NCBI GenBank assembly: GCA_051546255.1
Contig: CP128819.1
Coordinates: forward strand, 558,001 to 622,000
Length of the DNA: 64,000 bases
Reading direction: 5' to 3'
Origin: Meyerozyma guilliermondii
Lineage: Eukaryota
In this document: positions 38,752 through 49,467 of the stretch, piece by piece
Layout: each line of letters starts with the position of its first letter
Position numbering within the stretch: position 1 is the stretch's first letter
The notes under the pieces: model-generated
Seen by the model: only the letters and a program-made list of their open reading frames with translations
What the model was told of the DNA's origin: nothing
The model's database searches: none
Made by a program: the position numbers and the translations under genes

Positions 38752-40515
38752 ATGCCAGAAAAGGAACTCGAATATATCCGCTCCAACGAGGCGGCAGGTT
38801 CTGATGAGAAGAACGGTGGCGTTTACGTTGATGCTTTTGAAAAGTCCCTGGCTAAGGAAAGTGGATGGACCAAATTCAAAAATGGGTTCAAGCCATACGA
38901 GCAAGAAGAATTGGGACTCGATCCTAATCTTACTGATGTGGAGAAGATGGCCATCATGACTGCTAACTCTCCGCTCTCTCGTTCTCTTAAAAATCGTCAT
39001 TTGCAAATGATTGCCATTGGTGGTTCCATTGGTACTGGTTTGTTTATTGGTTCCGGTAGCGTGTTGAGTACTGGAGGTCCAGGTGGTGTGTTAATTGCTT
39101 ACTGTCTTATCGGTTCGATGATGTACTGTACTGTTCAATCCTTGGGTGAACTTGCTATCACCTTCCCTGTGGCTGGTGCGTTCGTCACTTACAATACCAG
39201 ATTTATCGACCCATCTTGGGGTTTCACTATGGCTTGGAATTACGCTATGCAATGGTTGGTTGTGTTACCTTTGGAATTGGTGGCTGCAGCTGTCACTATT
39301 CAGTTCTGGCAAAGTACAATTAATCCGGTGGCTTGGGTGGCTATCTTCTATGTGTTGATCTTGTCGATTAATTTCTTTGGTGTGAGAGGTTATGGTGAAG
39401 CTGAGTTCACCTTTTCGCTCATTAAAGTTCTTGCCGTTGTTGGATTCATCTTCTTTGGTATCATTGTCACGGCTGGTGGTGGCCCAAACCACCATTACTA
39501 TGGTGGACACTACTACCACGACCCTGGTTCGTTTGCCAATGGTTTCAAAGGTGTTTGTTCCGTGTTTGTAACTGCCGCTTTTGCTTTCGCTGGTACCGAA
39601 TTGGTTGGTTTGGCTGCTGCTGAGACCAGCAACCCAAGAAAATCGTTGCCAAAAGCTACCAAGCAGGTGTTCTGGAGAATCACCTTGTTCTACGTGGTTT
39701 CCTTGGTTCTTGTTGGTTGCTTGGTGCCCTACACTGATCCTAGATTGGGTCTGGGTTCTTCAAGTGTCGATGCCAGGGCTTCGCCTTTTGTCATTGCTAT
39801 CAAGAATCAAGGTGTTTCTGGCTTACCAAGTGTGATGAACGTGGTGATTATGATCGCGGTGTTGTCCGTGGGTAATTCTTCCGTGTTTGCATCCTCCAGA
39901 ACCTTGGCTGCATTGGCGTGTGCTGGACATGCTCCAAAGTTCCTTGGTTACATCGACAGGGCTGGTCGTCCATTATGGGGAATTGTTGTGCAATTGTTGT
40001 TCGGTTTACTTTGCTTCTTGGCTGCTTCTTCTGAGCGTTTCACCGTGTTGAACTGGATGTTGGCTTTGTCTGGTTTGTCTTCGGTTTTCACCTGGATGAG
40101 TATCAACATTTGTCACATTAGATTCAGAAGAGCTCTCAAAGTCCAAGGTAGAGATACTTCCGAAATCACATACACTTCTCAAGTGGGTGTCATTGGTGCT
40201 TACTACGGTGCCATTCTTAACTTTTTGGTGTTGGTTGCCCAATTCTGGATTGCCGTATGGCCATTGGGAAAAAAGCCTAATGCCGAAGATTTCTTCATGT
40301 CTTACTTGGGTTTCGTTGTGATCATCTTTTTCTACATTATTCACAAGGTGTTCTGGGCCAGAAACTTCCATGTGTTCCATCGGGCTAAGGATATCGATAT
40401 CGATACTGGTAGAAGAGAATTGGATCTCGAGTTGGTCAAACAAGAGATTGCCGAAGAGAAGGCACATATTGCCGCAAAACCTTTCTATGCTAGAATTTAC
40501 CACTTCTGGTGTTAG
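38752..40515 (+). CDS. General amino acid permease (YAT family, Gap1-like)
   Basis: LKNRHLQMIAIGGSIGTGLF, GYGEAEF, FAGTELVGL, C-terminal FWC. Confidence 0.92.
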   Translation: MPEKELEYIRSNEAAGSDEKNGGVYVDAFEKSLAKESGWTKFKNGFKPYEQEELGLDPNLTDVEKMAIMTANSPLSRSLKNRHLQMIAIGGSIGTGLFIGSGSVLSTGGPGGVLIAYCLIGSMMYCTVQSLGELAITFPVAGAFVTYNTRFIDPSWGFTMAWNYAMQWLVVLPLELVAAAVTIQFWQSTINPVAWVAIFYVLILSINFFGVRGYGEAEFTFSLIKVLAVVGFIFFGIIVTAGGGPNHHYYGGHYYHDPGSFANGFKGVCSVFVTAAFAFAGTELVGLAAAETSNPRKSLPKATKQVFWRITLFYVVSLVLVGCLVPYTDPRLGLGSSSVDARASPFVIAIKNQGVSGLPSVMNVVIMIAVLSVGNSSVFASSRTLAALACAGHAPKFLGYIDRAGRPLWGIVVQLLFGLLCFLAASSERFTVLNWMLALSGLSSVFTWMSINICHIRFRRALKVQGRDTSEITYTSQVGVIGAYYGAILNFLVLVAQFWIAVWPLGKKPNAEDFFMSYLGFVVIIFFYIIHKVFWARNFHVFHRAKDIDIDTGRRELDLELVKQEIAEEKAHIAAKPFYARIYHFWC

Positions 40516-40685
40516 AGTACTTAGATAATATTTAATTCCAGTGACAGTAAGAAAAGTGTAACAGAAAAAGAGGAAGGGCGAACTGGTACCTTTATGATTA
40601 TTAGGGCATTACAAACTTAGCGCACTAATCTATAAGTTCAGTTGACTTATATCTGTTTACTGCGTTACTTTTTCTTGTGCTATTT

Positions 40686-41339
40686 CTATTTCTGATACTC
40701 GTCAGGGTAAAAGATCTTACGTTCCACTCCATCGGCTGTCAACACCACCATTCTGATCACACCTCCCGAAGAACCATCCCACTTGATAGCCTCGGACAAC
40801 GCCGTCTTTATGAACGAGACACATTCGTCTTTCTCCATGTCTTTCTTATAGTTTTCATTACACCATCCGTATATGAACGTAGACCCCGAACCGGCAATGG
40901 CGTATTCCTGCTGATGTATAGAACCTCCAATGGGAATCAGATAAACCGTACCTTTGTTTTTCTCATCGTATCCAGCACAAATGATTCCCGCCGTCAAATT
41001 ATCCTTGTTTTTGTAGCAAAGTTCTTGAAATATATTGGCAGCGATTTGTGTGGTTGGCTTTTCATCGTGAGGTAATTGCGACGTGTAGATTTGCATGTAA
41101 TATTTGACAATGTCGGCGATAGCTTGGGTGTCGGCAGCACTTCCAGACCGACAACAATATATAGTATCGTGAATTTGCGTCAACTTGTCGGTGACACGAT
41201 TGGCAATATAGGAGCCAGTTGTGGTACGTGAGTCAGCCCCCAATATTACGCCGTCCTTGAAGGTCACTGCCATGATGGAGGTTCCCAAATTGACCTCGCC
41301 TTTCTTCAAATGGGTTATATCTACGGAAATGCCATTCAT
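40686..41339 (-). CDS. PRE3: 20S proteasome beta1 subunit
   Basis: MNGISVD...EVNLG|TSIMAV, DSRTTTG, GSGS; intronless here. Confidence 0.95.
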   Translation of the reverse strand: MNGISVDITHLKKGEVNLGTSIMAVTFKDGVILGADSRTTTGSYIANRVTDKLTQIHDTIYCCRSGSAADTQAIADIVKYYMQIYTSQLPHDEKPTTQIAANIFQELCYKNKDNLTAGIICAGYDEKNKGTVYLIPIGGSIHQQEYAIAGSGSTFIYGWCNENYKKDMEKDECVSFIKTALSEAIKWDGSSGGVIRMVVLTADGVERKIFYPDEYQK

Positions 41340-41360
41340 GGTGATGAAGAAGTGAGCGCT

Positions 41361-41368
41361 GGTGGCGA
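41361..41368. promoter_or_regulatory. Rpn4/PACE-like element next to PRE3
   Basis: GGTGGCGA ~22 bp upstream of the PRE3 ATG. Confidence 0.45.
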
Positions 41369-41497
41369 TTGCGAGTGAAAGTACGGTGTGCAGGTGCGCG
41401 CAGTGCGAAAATAGGTGCGACTTTCTGGTACATTTGGTGCGACTCAATTAGCGCGGCGCCTGAAACACTAATTGCACGCGATTCTTTGGTGTTTTTT

Positions 41498-42316
41498 ATG
41501 TTATTTCCGGGGTTGTTGCCGTTTCTCTGGTTCGTGGCCACATTTGCCGCTGTAATCGTACCCTCAAAGTACTCGCTTACTAATGAACAACTAAACTATA
41601 TAAAAGATGATCCTGCAGTAACTCATCTTGTCACCTTTGAAATTCTGAAACGAGTATATGGCGCCGATGGACCGCTTAAATTGGGTTTTTTGGAGTTAGC
41701 ACTCTTTGGCGAGCTCGTGCCAATCACCGTTGATAATTTCGTCAAGTTGTCCAATCAAACCTTTGGGTATGGTTATAAAGAAGCCAAGTTCCATCGCATC
41801 ATTAAAGACTTTATGATCCAAGGCGGAGACTACGAAAATGGTGACGGCACAGGTGGCCGTTCCGTGTTTGAAACAGCAAAGTTCCCGGACGAAAATTTTG
41901 TTGTCAAACACAATAAATTGGGGAGACTTTCCATGGCAAATGCTGGACCCAATACCAATGGAGCTCAATTTTTCATCACTACCAAGGAGGATTGTCTGTG
42001 GTTAGACGGTATACACGTAGTTTTCGGTCAGCTCGTAGGTGGGTTCGACACTTTACAGAAACTTAATGTGGTGGAAACAGATCATGATAGACCTAAAGAA
42101 GAAGTGATGATCTCTGGCATTGACATTAAAGAGGTCAAAGACAGCCGAAACGTTCACAATGATCTTGTTTTGGACACCGAAGTCGCGCCAGCTACAGGCT
42201 GGAACTACTCGCTATTTATTGTCTGCCTTGTGTTGGTTTGTGGGTTTCTTTATTACACCAAGGTGAGTTACAAAAAACAGTATATTATCGACATCAAAGA
42301 CTCCAATTACTTTTAA
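41498..42316 (+). CDS. Secretory-pathway cyclophilin with signal peptide and C-terminal TM
   Basis: FHRIIKDFMIQGGD, MANAGPNTNGAQFFIT; hydrophobic N- and C-terminal segments. Confidence 0.88.
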   Translation: MLFPGLLPFLWFVATFAAVIVPSKYSLTNEQLNYIKDDPAVTHLVTFEILKRVYGADGPLKLGFLELALFGELVPITVDNFVKLSNQTFGYGYKEAKFHRIIKDFMIQGGDYENGDGTGGRSVFETAKFPDENFVVKHNKLGRLSMANAGPNTNGAQFFITTKEDCLWLDGIHVVFGQLVGGFDTLQKLNVVETDHDRPKEEVMISGIDIKEVKDSRNVHNDLVLDTEVAPATGWNYSLFIVCLVLVCGFLYYTKVSYKKQYIIDIKDSNYF

Positions 42317-42452
42317 CGATGCTACGACAATAAACGGATTTATTTCACAAACTTGTAAGAGATATATACACCACCAAAAAAATTTATTAGAACACCTTCT
42401 GTCTTCTTCGCATCACTTTTTGGTAATCTCATCGCGATTTTCTTTGTGGGGT

Positions 42453-42785
42453 ATGTCAGACTTTCCTATCGTCCTCGTCAAAAACTTACCCTACTCCAGC
42501 TCCACGGATTCCTTGTATGAGCTATTTGGCAAATTTGGGAACGTGCACCAAATACGAATCAGTGATGGCCTGTCGGAAGATGCTCCTAAAGGTACTTGTA
42601 TTGTGATTTTCACCAACTTGGTCAGTGCTCAAAAAGCAGTTCAAGGTGCCAATGGTATCAATTTTCAAGGCAGGTACCTTGTGGTGCTGATGTATGCCGT
42701 TGATATTTCCAAACTCGATCGCCAGCAGTACGCTATACGAGCAGACCGACTTGAAAAGTTGAAACAAGAGCATGGAATACAGTAG
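42453..42785 (+). CDS. SF3b p14 (SF3B6/SAP14)-like branch-site RRM protein
   Basis: VKNLPY, FGKFG..HQIR, KGT, GRYLVV, LKQEHGI parallel the p14 consensus. Confidence 0.8.
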   Translation: MSDFPIVLVKNLPYSSSTDSLYELFGKFGNVHQIRISDGLSEDAPKGTCIVIFTNLVSAQKAVQGANGINFQGRYLVVLMYAVDISKLDRQQYAIRADRLEKLKQEHGIQ

Positions 42786-42805
42786 ATTTTTCATTTATTC
42801 GTCTA

Positions 42806-44227
42806 TTACTTTTTCTCCTCCTTCTCGATGGATATATCGATCAAGCTCAATAAGAAGTAACTGGTCAAGCCAATGAATACGAAGCCAGCAATCTTGATCA
42901 CCTTCCACCAGTAGTTGGTCTTGGTGTACCGGTACTTGATGAAGACATCGAGATTACTCAAATCGTCAAACAAGTTTTTGTAATGCAACGTCACCTTGAC
43001 ATGGCCGTCAGAAACATCAAGGTACGATGCCTCGTTCCCCAAGTCGAGAGACTCGGCAGCAATTGGAGAAGCAAAATCAATAAACTCGGCATTTTCAGGT
43101 AAGTAGAATGACAAGTAGACGTCTCCATAGGTAGCATCACGCAATGTATTCAATAAAGGAATCTTTGCCATGTAAGTATCTGGCTCATCGTTCACCTTGT
43201 GGACATAATCACCCAATTTCCCGTGGTATCCCAAGGTGAAATTATATTTCCATCCACCAAAAATGGGGAACCGTGGTTGAATAAGAAGGTTATTGGCAAT
43301 TTTACGATGGCTCGAAACTTGTCCCACCAAGTCAGTGACGTAGTAATCGTCAAACAGCTCCTTGGCGTTGTATTCCAAGTGAGAAAGAGCAAAATGGTTT
43401 CTGGATTGCTCATATTTTCCCTTCATCCATTCGACACGCAGGAACCCCTTCAGTAATTCAGCTCCTTTATTGGTCAATTCGTAGTACTCTTCAATAAGGA
43501 CGTTGCCAACTTCGGATCCTGGTAGCCAGATGGAACGGTTGTAGTTGGTGGCTGAGAGAAGTGGACGATTATGCTCGTATAACAAACCCATGGGTTGAAT
43601 GGTATATGGCTCCAATGTCTCCAAAACAGGACCATATTGCAATGTGTTCTCCTGGACCTGAGGACGAACGTCCGGAACGTTTTCCGACGCTTTGAGGTTT
43701 GCCGTGGTGATTTCCATCTCTTGACCTTTGGTGATTCCCGAAAACGATAATGTGTAATCGGTGGTTTTATATGGAGAAAACACAAACTTGTTGAGCTTCA
43801 ACAACAAGCTCTGTTTTTCGGCTAAGTCAATCTTAGCAGGCAATGGCTGTAAAGCATCCACGTAGACAAATCTAACTTTGATATCCAACGTTGATTGTGG
43901 AGCCACCGGCACTGGGAAAGTCAATTTATAGACGAATGGTTCGACCAATTCCGGCTCAATTGGCATGTTCAGGTCCATTAACGCAGCAGAAATGGCAGAG
44001 ATGCTCGTGACAAAGCCATTGCCGTCTCCAACCGTCAAGTAGTATTCATTTGAAGGAGAATCTTGGAGATTTTTCACCAGAATCAATCCAGTTTCTTTAA
44101 CGTAAGACCGACTAAGATCAATGGTTCTGGTATATCTGAGATTCTCCCATGCTGAGCCATCGATAGAAGCAGCGGCACAGGCCACCGCCATCATTATTGC
44201 CGTAACAACAGCATTCCAAACGATCAT
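42806..44227 (-). CDS. OST1: Oligosaccharyltransferase alpha subunit (ribophorin I)
   Basis: Signal peptide; EEYYELTNKGA, PRFPIFGGWKYNFTLGY, SYLD; C-terminal TM. Confidence 0.92.
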   Translation of the reverse strand: MIVWNAVVTAIMMAVACAAASIDGSAWENLRYTRTIDLSRSYVKETGLILVKNLQDSPSNEYYLTVGDGNGFVTSISAISAALMDLNMPIEPELVEPFVYKLTFPVPVAPQSTLDIKVRFVYVDALQPLPAKIDLAEKQSLLLKLNKFVFSPYKTTDYTLSFSGITKGQEMEITTANLKASENVPDVRPQVQENTLQYGPVLETLEPYTIQPMGLLYEHNRPLLSATNYNRSIWLPGSEVGNVLIEEYYELTNKGAELLKGFLRVEWMKGKYEQSRNHFALSHLEYNAKELFDDYYVTDLVGQVSSHRKIANNLLIQPRFPIFGGWKYNFTLGYHGKLGDYVHKVNDEPDTYMAKIPLLNTLRDATYGDVYLSFYLPENAEFIDFASPIAAESLDLGNEASYLDVSDGHVKVTLHYKNLFDDLSNLDVFIKYRYTKTNYWWKVIKIAGFVFIGLTSYFLLSLIDISIEKEEKK

Positions 44228-44624
44228 GGTGATAAACCGGAAAATGCCAACGCACTGTTGAACGCGGTGGTTATGTAAGCGGATGTGGAGTGTTAGAATA
44301 AGCAGAGAGATAGAAGTGGGTCTGGAGGGTAGGTTCGAATATGGAATATTGAGATATGTAAAGTGTTGATTTAGCTGATGTTATAATTTTAAGGATTTTG
44401 TGGCAAAAGTGAATTTGGTGGTTCGCATCAAGAGTCATAATTCTGGGCTGTTATTTTCAGCCAAAGTAAATCTGGTCAATGCAGCGAAATATGACTTTGA
44501 AACAGTGGATGAGTTTTATGGTCAGACGTCAAATTGTTAAACTCACAAGTCATTAATTTTCACCATTTCTTTCTTCTGTTTCTTGCTGCCTTTCCTCTTT
44601 GCATCTTTCCATTCATGCTTTCCC

Positions 44625-45152
44625 CTACGCAGTTCTTTGGATAATGTGTATACCACTATCGCTCTCCACCAAATCACTGATCTCACCAACGTGAAGTCCA
44701 AACGCCGCTTCCTCAAAACTAGGCTGCATCTGGCCCTTTCCAAAGAACCCCAAGTCTCCGCCTTGAGAATGTGACGAACAGTCGCTTTCATGTTCCGCCA
44801 ACTCACTCAACTTTTTGTCGCCATTGACAATTTGCTGACGGTACTTCTTGGCAATAGCTATGGCTTCGTCACGGGTGAGCGAGATCCCATCGGGAGATTT
44901 CCACGATCTGGGTCTTCTACTGTCTTTATGCTTCACAAGAAAGTGTGATGTTCTGATCTTGCCATCGGAAGGTACTACGGGTTTAAATCCACGCTCTTTA
45001 TACTGTGAAATATAAGCGTCAAGTTTGGACTTGTCGGTTCCAAAAGGGGGCTCCCAAGACAGCTCTCGGGTTGCTTGGTTCAAAAAGTACTCTTTATTGT
45101 GCGTGCGTGACACGGCAAGTGTCCATCCTGGAGGAAGTCCGGTATCAGTCAT
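44625..45152 (-). CDS. ESS1: Pin1-type prolyl isomerase (WW + parvulin)
   Basis: GLPPGW..WEPP, HFLVKHKDSRRP, SDCSS, GGDLGFFGKGQMQ. Confidence 0.95.
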   Translation of the reverse strand: MTDTGLPPGWTLAVSRTHNKEYFLNQATRELSWEPPFGTDKSKLDAYISQYKERGFKPVVPSDGKIRTSHFLVKHKDSRRPRSWKSPDGISLTRDEAIAIAKKYRQQIVNGDKKLSELAEHESDCSSHSQGGDLGFFGKGQMQPSFEEAAFGLHVGEISDLVESDSGIHIIQRTA

Positions 45153-45381
45153 GATGACAGAATGCGAAATGGTGAGGATTGATGGGGTTGTTCCTGCAGG
45201 AAAGTTACGGTTGCAAGCCAAGCTCTAGCTAGAGCTCCAAAATTCTGCTAAGAATGCTACGAAATTATTAAAATAACAAGAGTGGTTTATGAGCAATGAC
45301 ACAACCTGAGTAAAATATGGATAAATTTTTCCTACCAATTTTTAAATTGTTACTACTTTTTTTTTTACTTCTCTATTTCAC

Positions 45382-46188
45382 TTATATACCCCGGCCCTTC
45401 AATGCCTCGGTGACTTGACGATACACCTCATCAACAGGCTGATCACACAGAACCTTCAAAACCTTGCCCTGTTCCTCAAAGTAGTCCACTACTGGCATGG
45501 AGGTGTCTAAAAATGTCCGGAATCTCTTCTTAATGCTCTCTTCATTGTCATCATCACGACCACTGGTCTTACCTCTTTCCAACAAACGTTTGAGCATAAC
45601 GGCTTCTGGGCACTCAAAGAAGAGCGTGATGGACGAACGTGCGATTTTTTCTTCAAAAGTCAATGCCTGATCCATTTTTCTTGGAAATCCATCGACAAGA
45701 AACTTGGTGGCTCCCTCAGAGTACTTCTCTTGAATAGCCTGTTGAAGTAAAGCAATTGTCACTTCTTGGGGCACAATTTTACCTTCTCTAATGTACTGTC
45801 TGATGAGATCACCATACTCAGACCCTTTTCTGTTCTGTTCTGCTCGTAATAAGTCTCCAGCAGACAAATGAACATACCCTTTCTCATTTACAAGCTTGGC
45901 ACATTGGGTACCTTTTCCCGAACCAGGACCACCCAAAACAAACACAACGTCTATTTTACCATCGGGGAACGCTCTGGCGACTCCTTGAGGCTCTACGGCA
46001 GCTTTTGGTGAATCCTTGTTGTAGAGGGCTGCAACGATAGTTGATCCAATTGCCAAAATACCAACTCCGACAAGAAGTTTTGCTTTCTTAGGAGGTGCGG
46101 AGGTTGAACTGTAGCGAACAAAACGAGGAAACGAGGCCTGGACCGGCAAGCGGGCGCGTAAAAGGGTGGAAGTACGAGATCTAAACAT
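45382..46188 (-). CDS. URA6: UMP-CMP kinase with N-terminal presequence/TM extension
   Basis: GGPGSGKGTQC, HLSAGDLLRAE, DGFPRKMDQ, GKTSGRDDDN; ATG at 46188. Confidence 0.9.
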   Translation of the reverse strand: MFRSRTSTLLRARLPVQASFPRFVRYSSTSAPPKKAKLLVGVGILAIGSTIVAALYNKDSPKAAVEPQGVARAFPDGKIDVVFVLGGPGSGKGTQCAKLVNEKGYVHLSAGDLLRAEQNRKGSEYGDLIRQYIREGKIVPQEVTIALLQQAIQEKYSEGATKFLVDGFPRKMDQALTFEEKIARSSITLFFECPEAVMLKRLLERGKTSGRDDDNEESIKKRFRTFLDTSMPVVDYFEEQGKVLKVLCDQPVDEVYRQVTEALKGRGI

Positions 46189-46406
46189 GAAGAAGATGAC
46201 GAAAAAAGTGTGCAGGAGTAATGAGAATAGATGCGAAAAAAGATCAGAATGAAAGAATGAAAAAGATGAAAAAATGAAAAGCAAATGAAACTAGAACAAA
46301 AAAATAAGAAAAATCTAGAAATGAACAGAGCAATTAAAGCAAGCGGACCATCAAAGAATCATGTTACGTGAATCTCACAGAATATAATGCTTTATCAACT
46401 TTTCTA

Positions 46407-47206
46407 TCATTTTGTATACTCCTTCAACTGTTCATCGTTGTACCGAAAGTACTTGCCATTGAGGTCTCCCAGCCAGCCCTTGAGCGCCAAGTTGGCCAAC
46501 ACCGTCGCAGGCACCTCGGGCAGAAGCAAAGACCCCGATTTGTGAAGATCATGGAATCTTTCAGCAGACTCCTTCATGTTATCCGAAAACTTTGTCCTTA
46601 TATCACCTTGCATTTCGGTATCCACCACCCCAGGTGCAATGGAAATCGTGTGGACCAGCTTTTCCTCGGCGGCTACGGTTCCAATTAAATGGTCAAGTGC
46701 TGCTTTGGATGACCCATAAGCACCCCATGCAAAATAGCCTGCGCGAGATGCACCAGACAGAACCGCTACAACGTTACCAAATTTTGACTTGCGCAACTCA
46801 GGAATGGCTACTTGCAAAAGATCAACCACAGCAAAGAAATTGATATCAAATGTCTTTTTCCACTCGTCAACTTTGGCATCGGCTACTGTATCCACTGGAT
46901 GAAGAATTCCTGCATTCGCAACCACGGAATCCAATTGGCCATATTCCTCCACCGCCGCTTTCACTGCGCGCTGAGAAGTTTCCGAGTTGTTGACATCACC
47001 AGCAATCGCTATTAAGCGGCCGGGAAACTCTTGCTGCAATTGGTTCAACTTATCACCGGATCTAGCAACGGCCACGACCCGGTTATTTGTGTCATGTAAC
47101 AACAATCTTGCCACAGCAGCACCAATTCCTGATATTAGTGGTGTCCAATTACCCAATCCCCAAAAAACTTACCTCGCAGAGCTCCAGTAACGATAGTAAC
47201 GTGCAT
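46407..47206 (-). CDS. SDR oxidoreductase (Irc24/Nre1-like), 251 aa; exons 47206-47173 and 47128-46407
   Basis: 44-nt intron GTAAGT...CACTAAT-AT-CAG restores MHVTIVTGA(S)RGIG; YGSSK, PGVVDT. Confidence 0.88.
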
Positions 47207-47532
47207 CTCACTCCGACAAAACCGGCCCAAAAAAACAACCATCGTGGGGAGGCGGTTCGCGCACCCAGACACCAGCGCGATATTAATTAGCGCCAATATC
47301 CCCTGATAAGCTGCATACTTGTACACTCCCAAACCACGCTACTTTTGTATGAACTTTTCAAACCAACCCGATCTCGCTCCACATAAGTAAGCGTGCTAGA
47401 ATCGGTTTGGCACGCAGTGAAATTCTGGACTCATCCGAGTGTTTCCCACCGGTTTTATTTGTCCCGGGCGGGGTTTGTCCCACGTTATCATTTGATTGAA
47501 AAACTATTGATTTTCGAATTTTATCGGTGAAA

Positions 47533-49467
47533 ATGTCTTTAATTACAAACCGGAAGCGCCCCAGAGGTCTTAGTGAGAGTTTCGACCAACAAAAGGCCCG
47601 GGCGGCTGAGGTGAAGGATGTCTTGTTCGACAATAACGGCAACGCCAGCAACTATAATTCGTCTCCTGGAATCAGCTCCAACCACAACTTGAACTTGAAC
47701 CTCAACATCGACCTAAACAACTCGAATTCTGACCTTTCCACCAGGAAAAACACCGACACCCTGATCTACTTTATCGGGAACGGCACCGACATGTATGAAA
47801 ACGAGGGTGACTCGCTCTTACAACAGGACTTTGGCGACGAAGAAGACTACGAGGAGGAGGACGACGACGTGGTGATCATCGAAGAACGCCGAGTTGCCAC
47901 ATATGACCAACCCAAGGCTCGCCGAAACAACTCCGACTCGGTTATCATTTTGGACAACGATGCTTTTGCGGCCTACAACATGTTCAACGTTAACCAAGAA
48001 ACCAAAATCGCTGAACGACCCAATGGTTCGAAGAAGCAAAGAACAAACTCACTTCCACAACTCCCACAAGCCAAGTGCTTCTACAACAAGATTCCCAGTA
48101 ATTACATTGTGCTGCACCCCAAAATGGGCAATGTAAAAACCAACATCATTCCTCACCAACTTAACCTCCCACCATGCGACGACAAGGACGGTCATTACAT
48201 TATACGGGTCAATGATCTATTTGCTAATCGCTTCACCATACTCAAGCTTTTGGGCCAAGGAACCTTTGGAAAGGTAGTGGAATGTTACGACAAGGTGAAT
48301 CGTGAAACGGTTGCCATCAAGATCATTCGCAATATACCGAAGTATAGAGACGCGGCCAAGATAGAGTTGCGTATACTTTCGACGTTGAAGATGTTTGATA
48401 ACGAAAACTTGAACCACTGCATTCACTTGCGGGAATGTTTCGATTATCGTGGTCACGTTTGTATTGTGACTGACTTGCTCAAAATTTCCTTGTATGATTT
48501 TTTGGAAAAGAACTGTTTCATTTCGTTTCCTGGTTCCCACATTCAAGCCATCTCCAAACAATTGATTCGGTCGGTGACATTTCTTCATGATCTCAATTTG
48601 ATTCATACCGATTTGAAACCGGAGAATATCTTGTTGCACGACGATTCTTTTGTAAAGAAACCACTTGTGAGTTCCACCATCATTACCAGTTACCTCAAAT
48701 TAACCAACAATAACGCTGCAGATGCTCTGAAACGAAAATACCCTCGCATGTCACGAATACTCAAAGATCCGTTAATTCAGATCATAGATTTTGGCAGTGC
48801 CATTTTCAACGATGAGTATCATTCATCCATAGTATCGACCCGCCATTATAGGGCACCCGAAATTGTATTGGGAATCGGGTGGTCATTTCCCTGTGACATG
48901 TGGTCTGTCGGATGCATCTTGGTAGAGTTTGTGATTGGTGAGCCATTGTTTAAAACACATGATAATCTAGAGCATTTGGCCATGATCGAGAAGGTGACTG
49001 GGAGTCGCATAGATAAGTCTATTGTGAGGCTTTCCAAGCAAAATGAAAACGAGTGCGGATTAAAGTACTTTACGAATGAGTATATGAGAGACGACGATGA
49101 GTTGGACCAAGATGATGATGACGATGTGATTATAGACGACGAAACCTCGCTAGACAATAGCTTGAGCTTGATCTTTCCCAGCAACAGTACACCATCCAAA
49201 TTTATTACCAGTGTGAACCTGTTGGACCGCATAGACAAGTTCATCAGTGGTCGAATAGGGCTTGACATTAATTTCGACTATTCATTGTCGAGTAACTACA
49301 AGAAGAACAAGCATGTCATTAATTTTGGCAATTTTACATTCTGGTGGTTTTTCATCGACTTGTTAAGAAAGCTCTTTGTGACGAATCCGCACCATCGTAT
49401 TACGGCTTCCGAGGCGATGGAACATCCGTGGTTCAATTTGGGTATAGAGGATGAGGGAACGGTATAG
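47533..49467 (+). CDS. KNS1: LAMMER (CLK) dual-specificity kinase
   Basis: DDKDGHY, GQGTFGKV, HTDLKPEN, STRHYRAPE, EHLAMIEK. Confidence 0.92.
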   Translation: MSLITNRKRPRGLSESFDQQKARAAEVKDVLFDNNGNASNYNSSPGISSNHNLNLNLNIDLNNSNSDLSTRKNTDTLIYFIGNGTDMYENEGDSLLQQDFGDEEDYEEEDDDVVIIEERRVATYDQPKARRNNSDSVIILDNDAFAAYNMFNVNQETKIAERPNGSKKQRTNSLPQLPQAKCFYNKIPSNYIVLHPKMGNVKTNIIPHQLNLPPCDDKDGHYIIRVNDLFANRFTILKLLGQGTFGKVVECYDKVNRETVAIKIIRNIPKYRDAAKIELRILSTLKMFDNENLNHCIHLRECFDYRGHVCIVTDLLKISLYDFLEKNCFISFPGSHIQAISKQLIRSVTFLHDLNLIHTDLKPENILLHDDSFVKKPLVSSTIITSYLKLTNNNAADALKRKYPRMSRILKDPLIQIIDFGSAIFNDEYHSSIVSTRHYRAPEIVLGIGWSFPCDMWSVGCILVEFVIGEPLFKTHDNLEHLAMIEKVTGSRIDKSIVRLSKQNENECGLKYFTNEYMRDDDELDQDDDDDVIIDDETSLDNSLSLIFPSNSTPSKFITSVNLLDRIDKFISGRIGLDINFDYSLSSNYKKNKHVINFGNFTFWWFFIDLLRKLFVTNPHHRITASEAMEHPWFNLGIEDEGTV

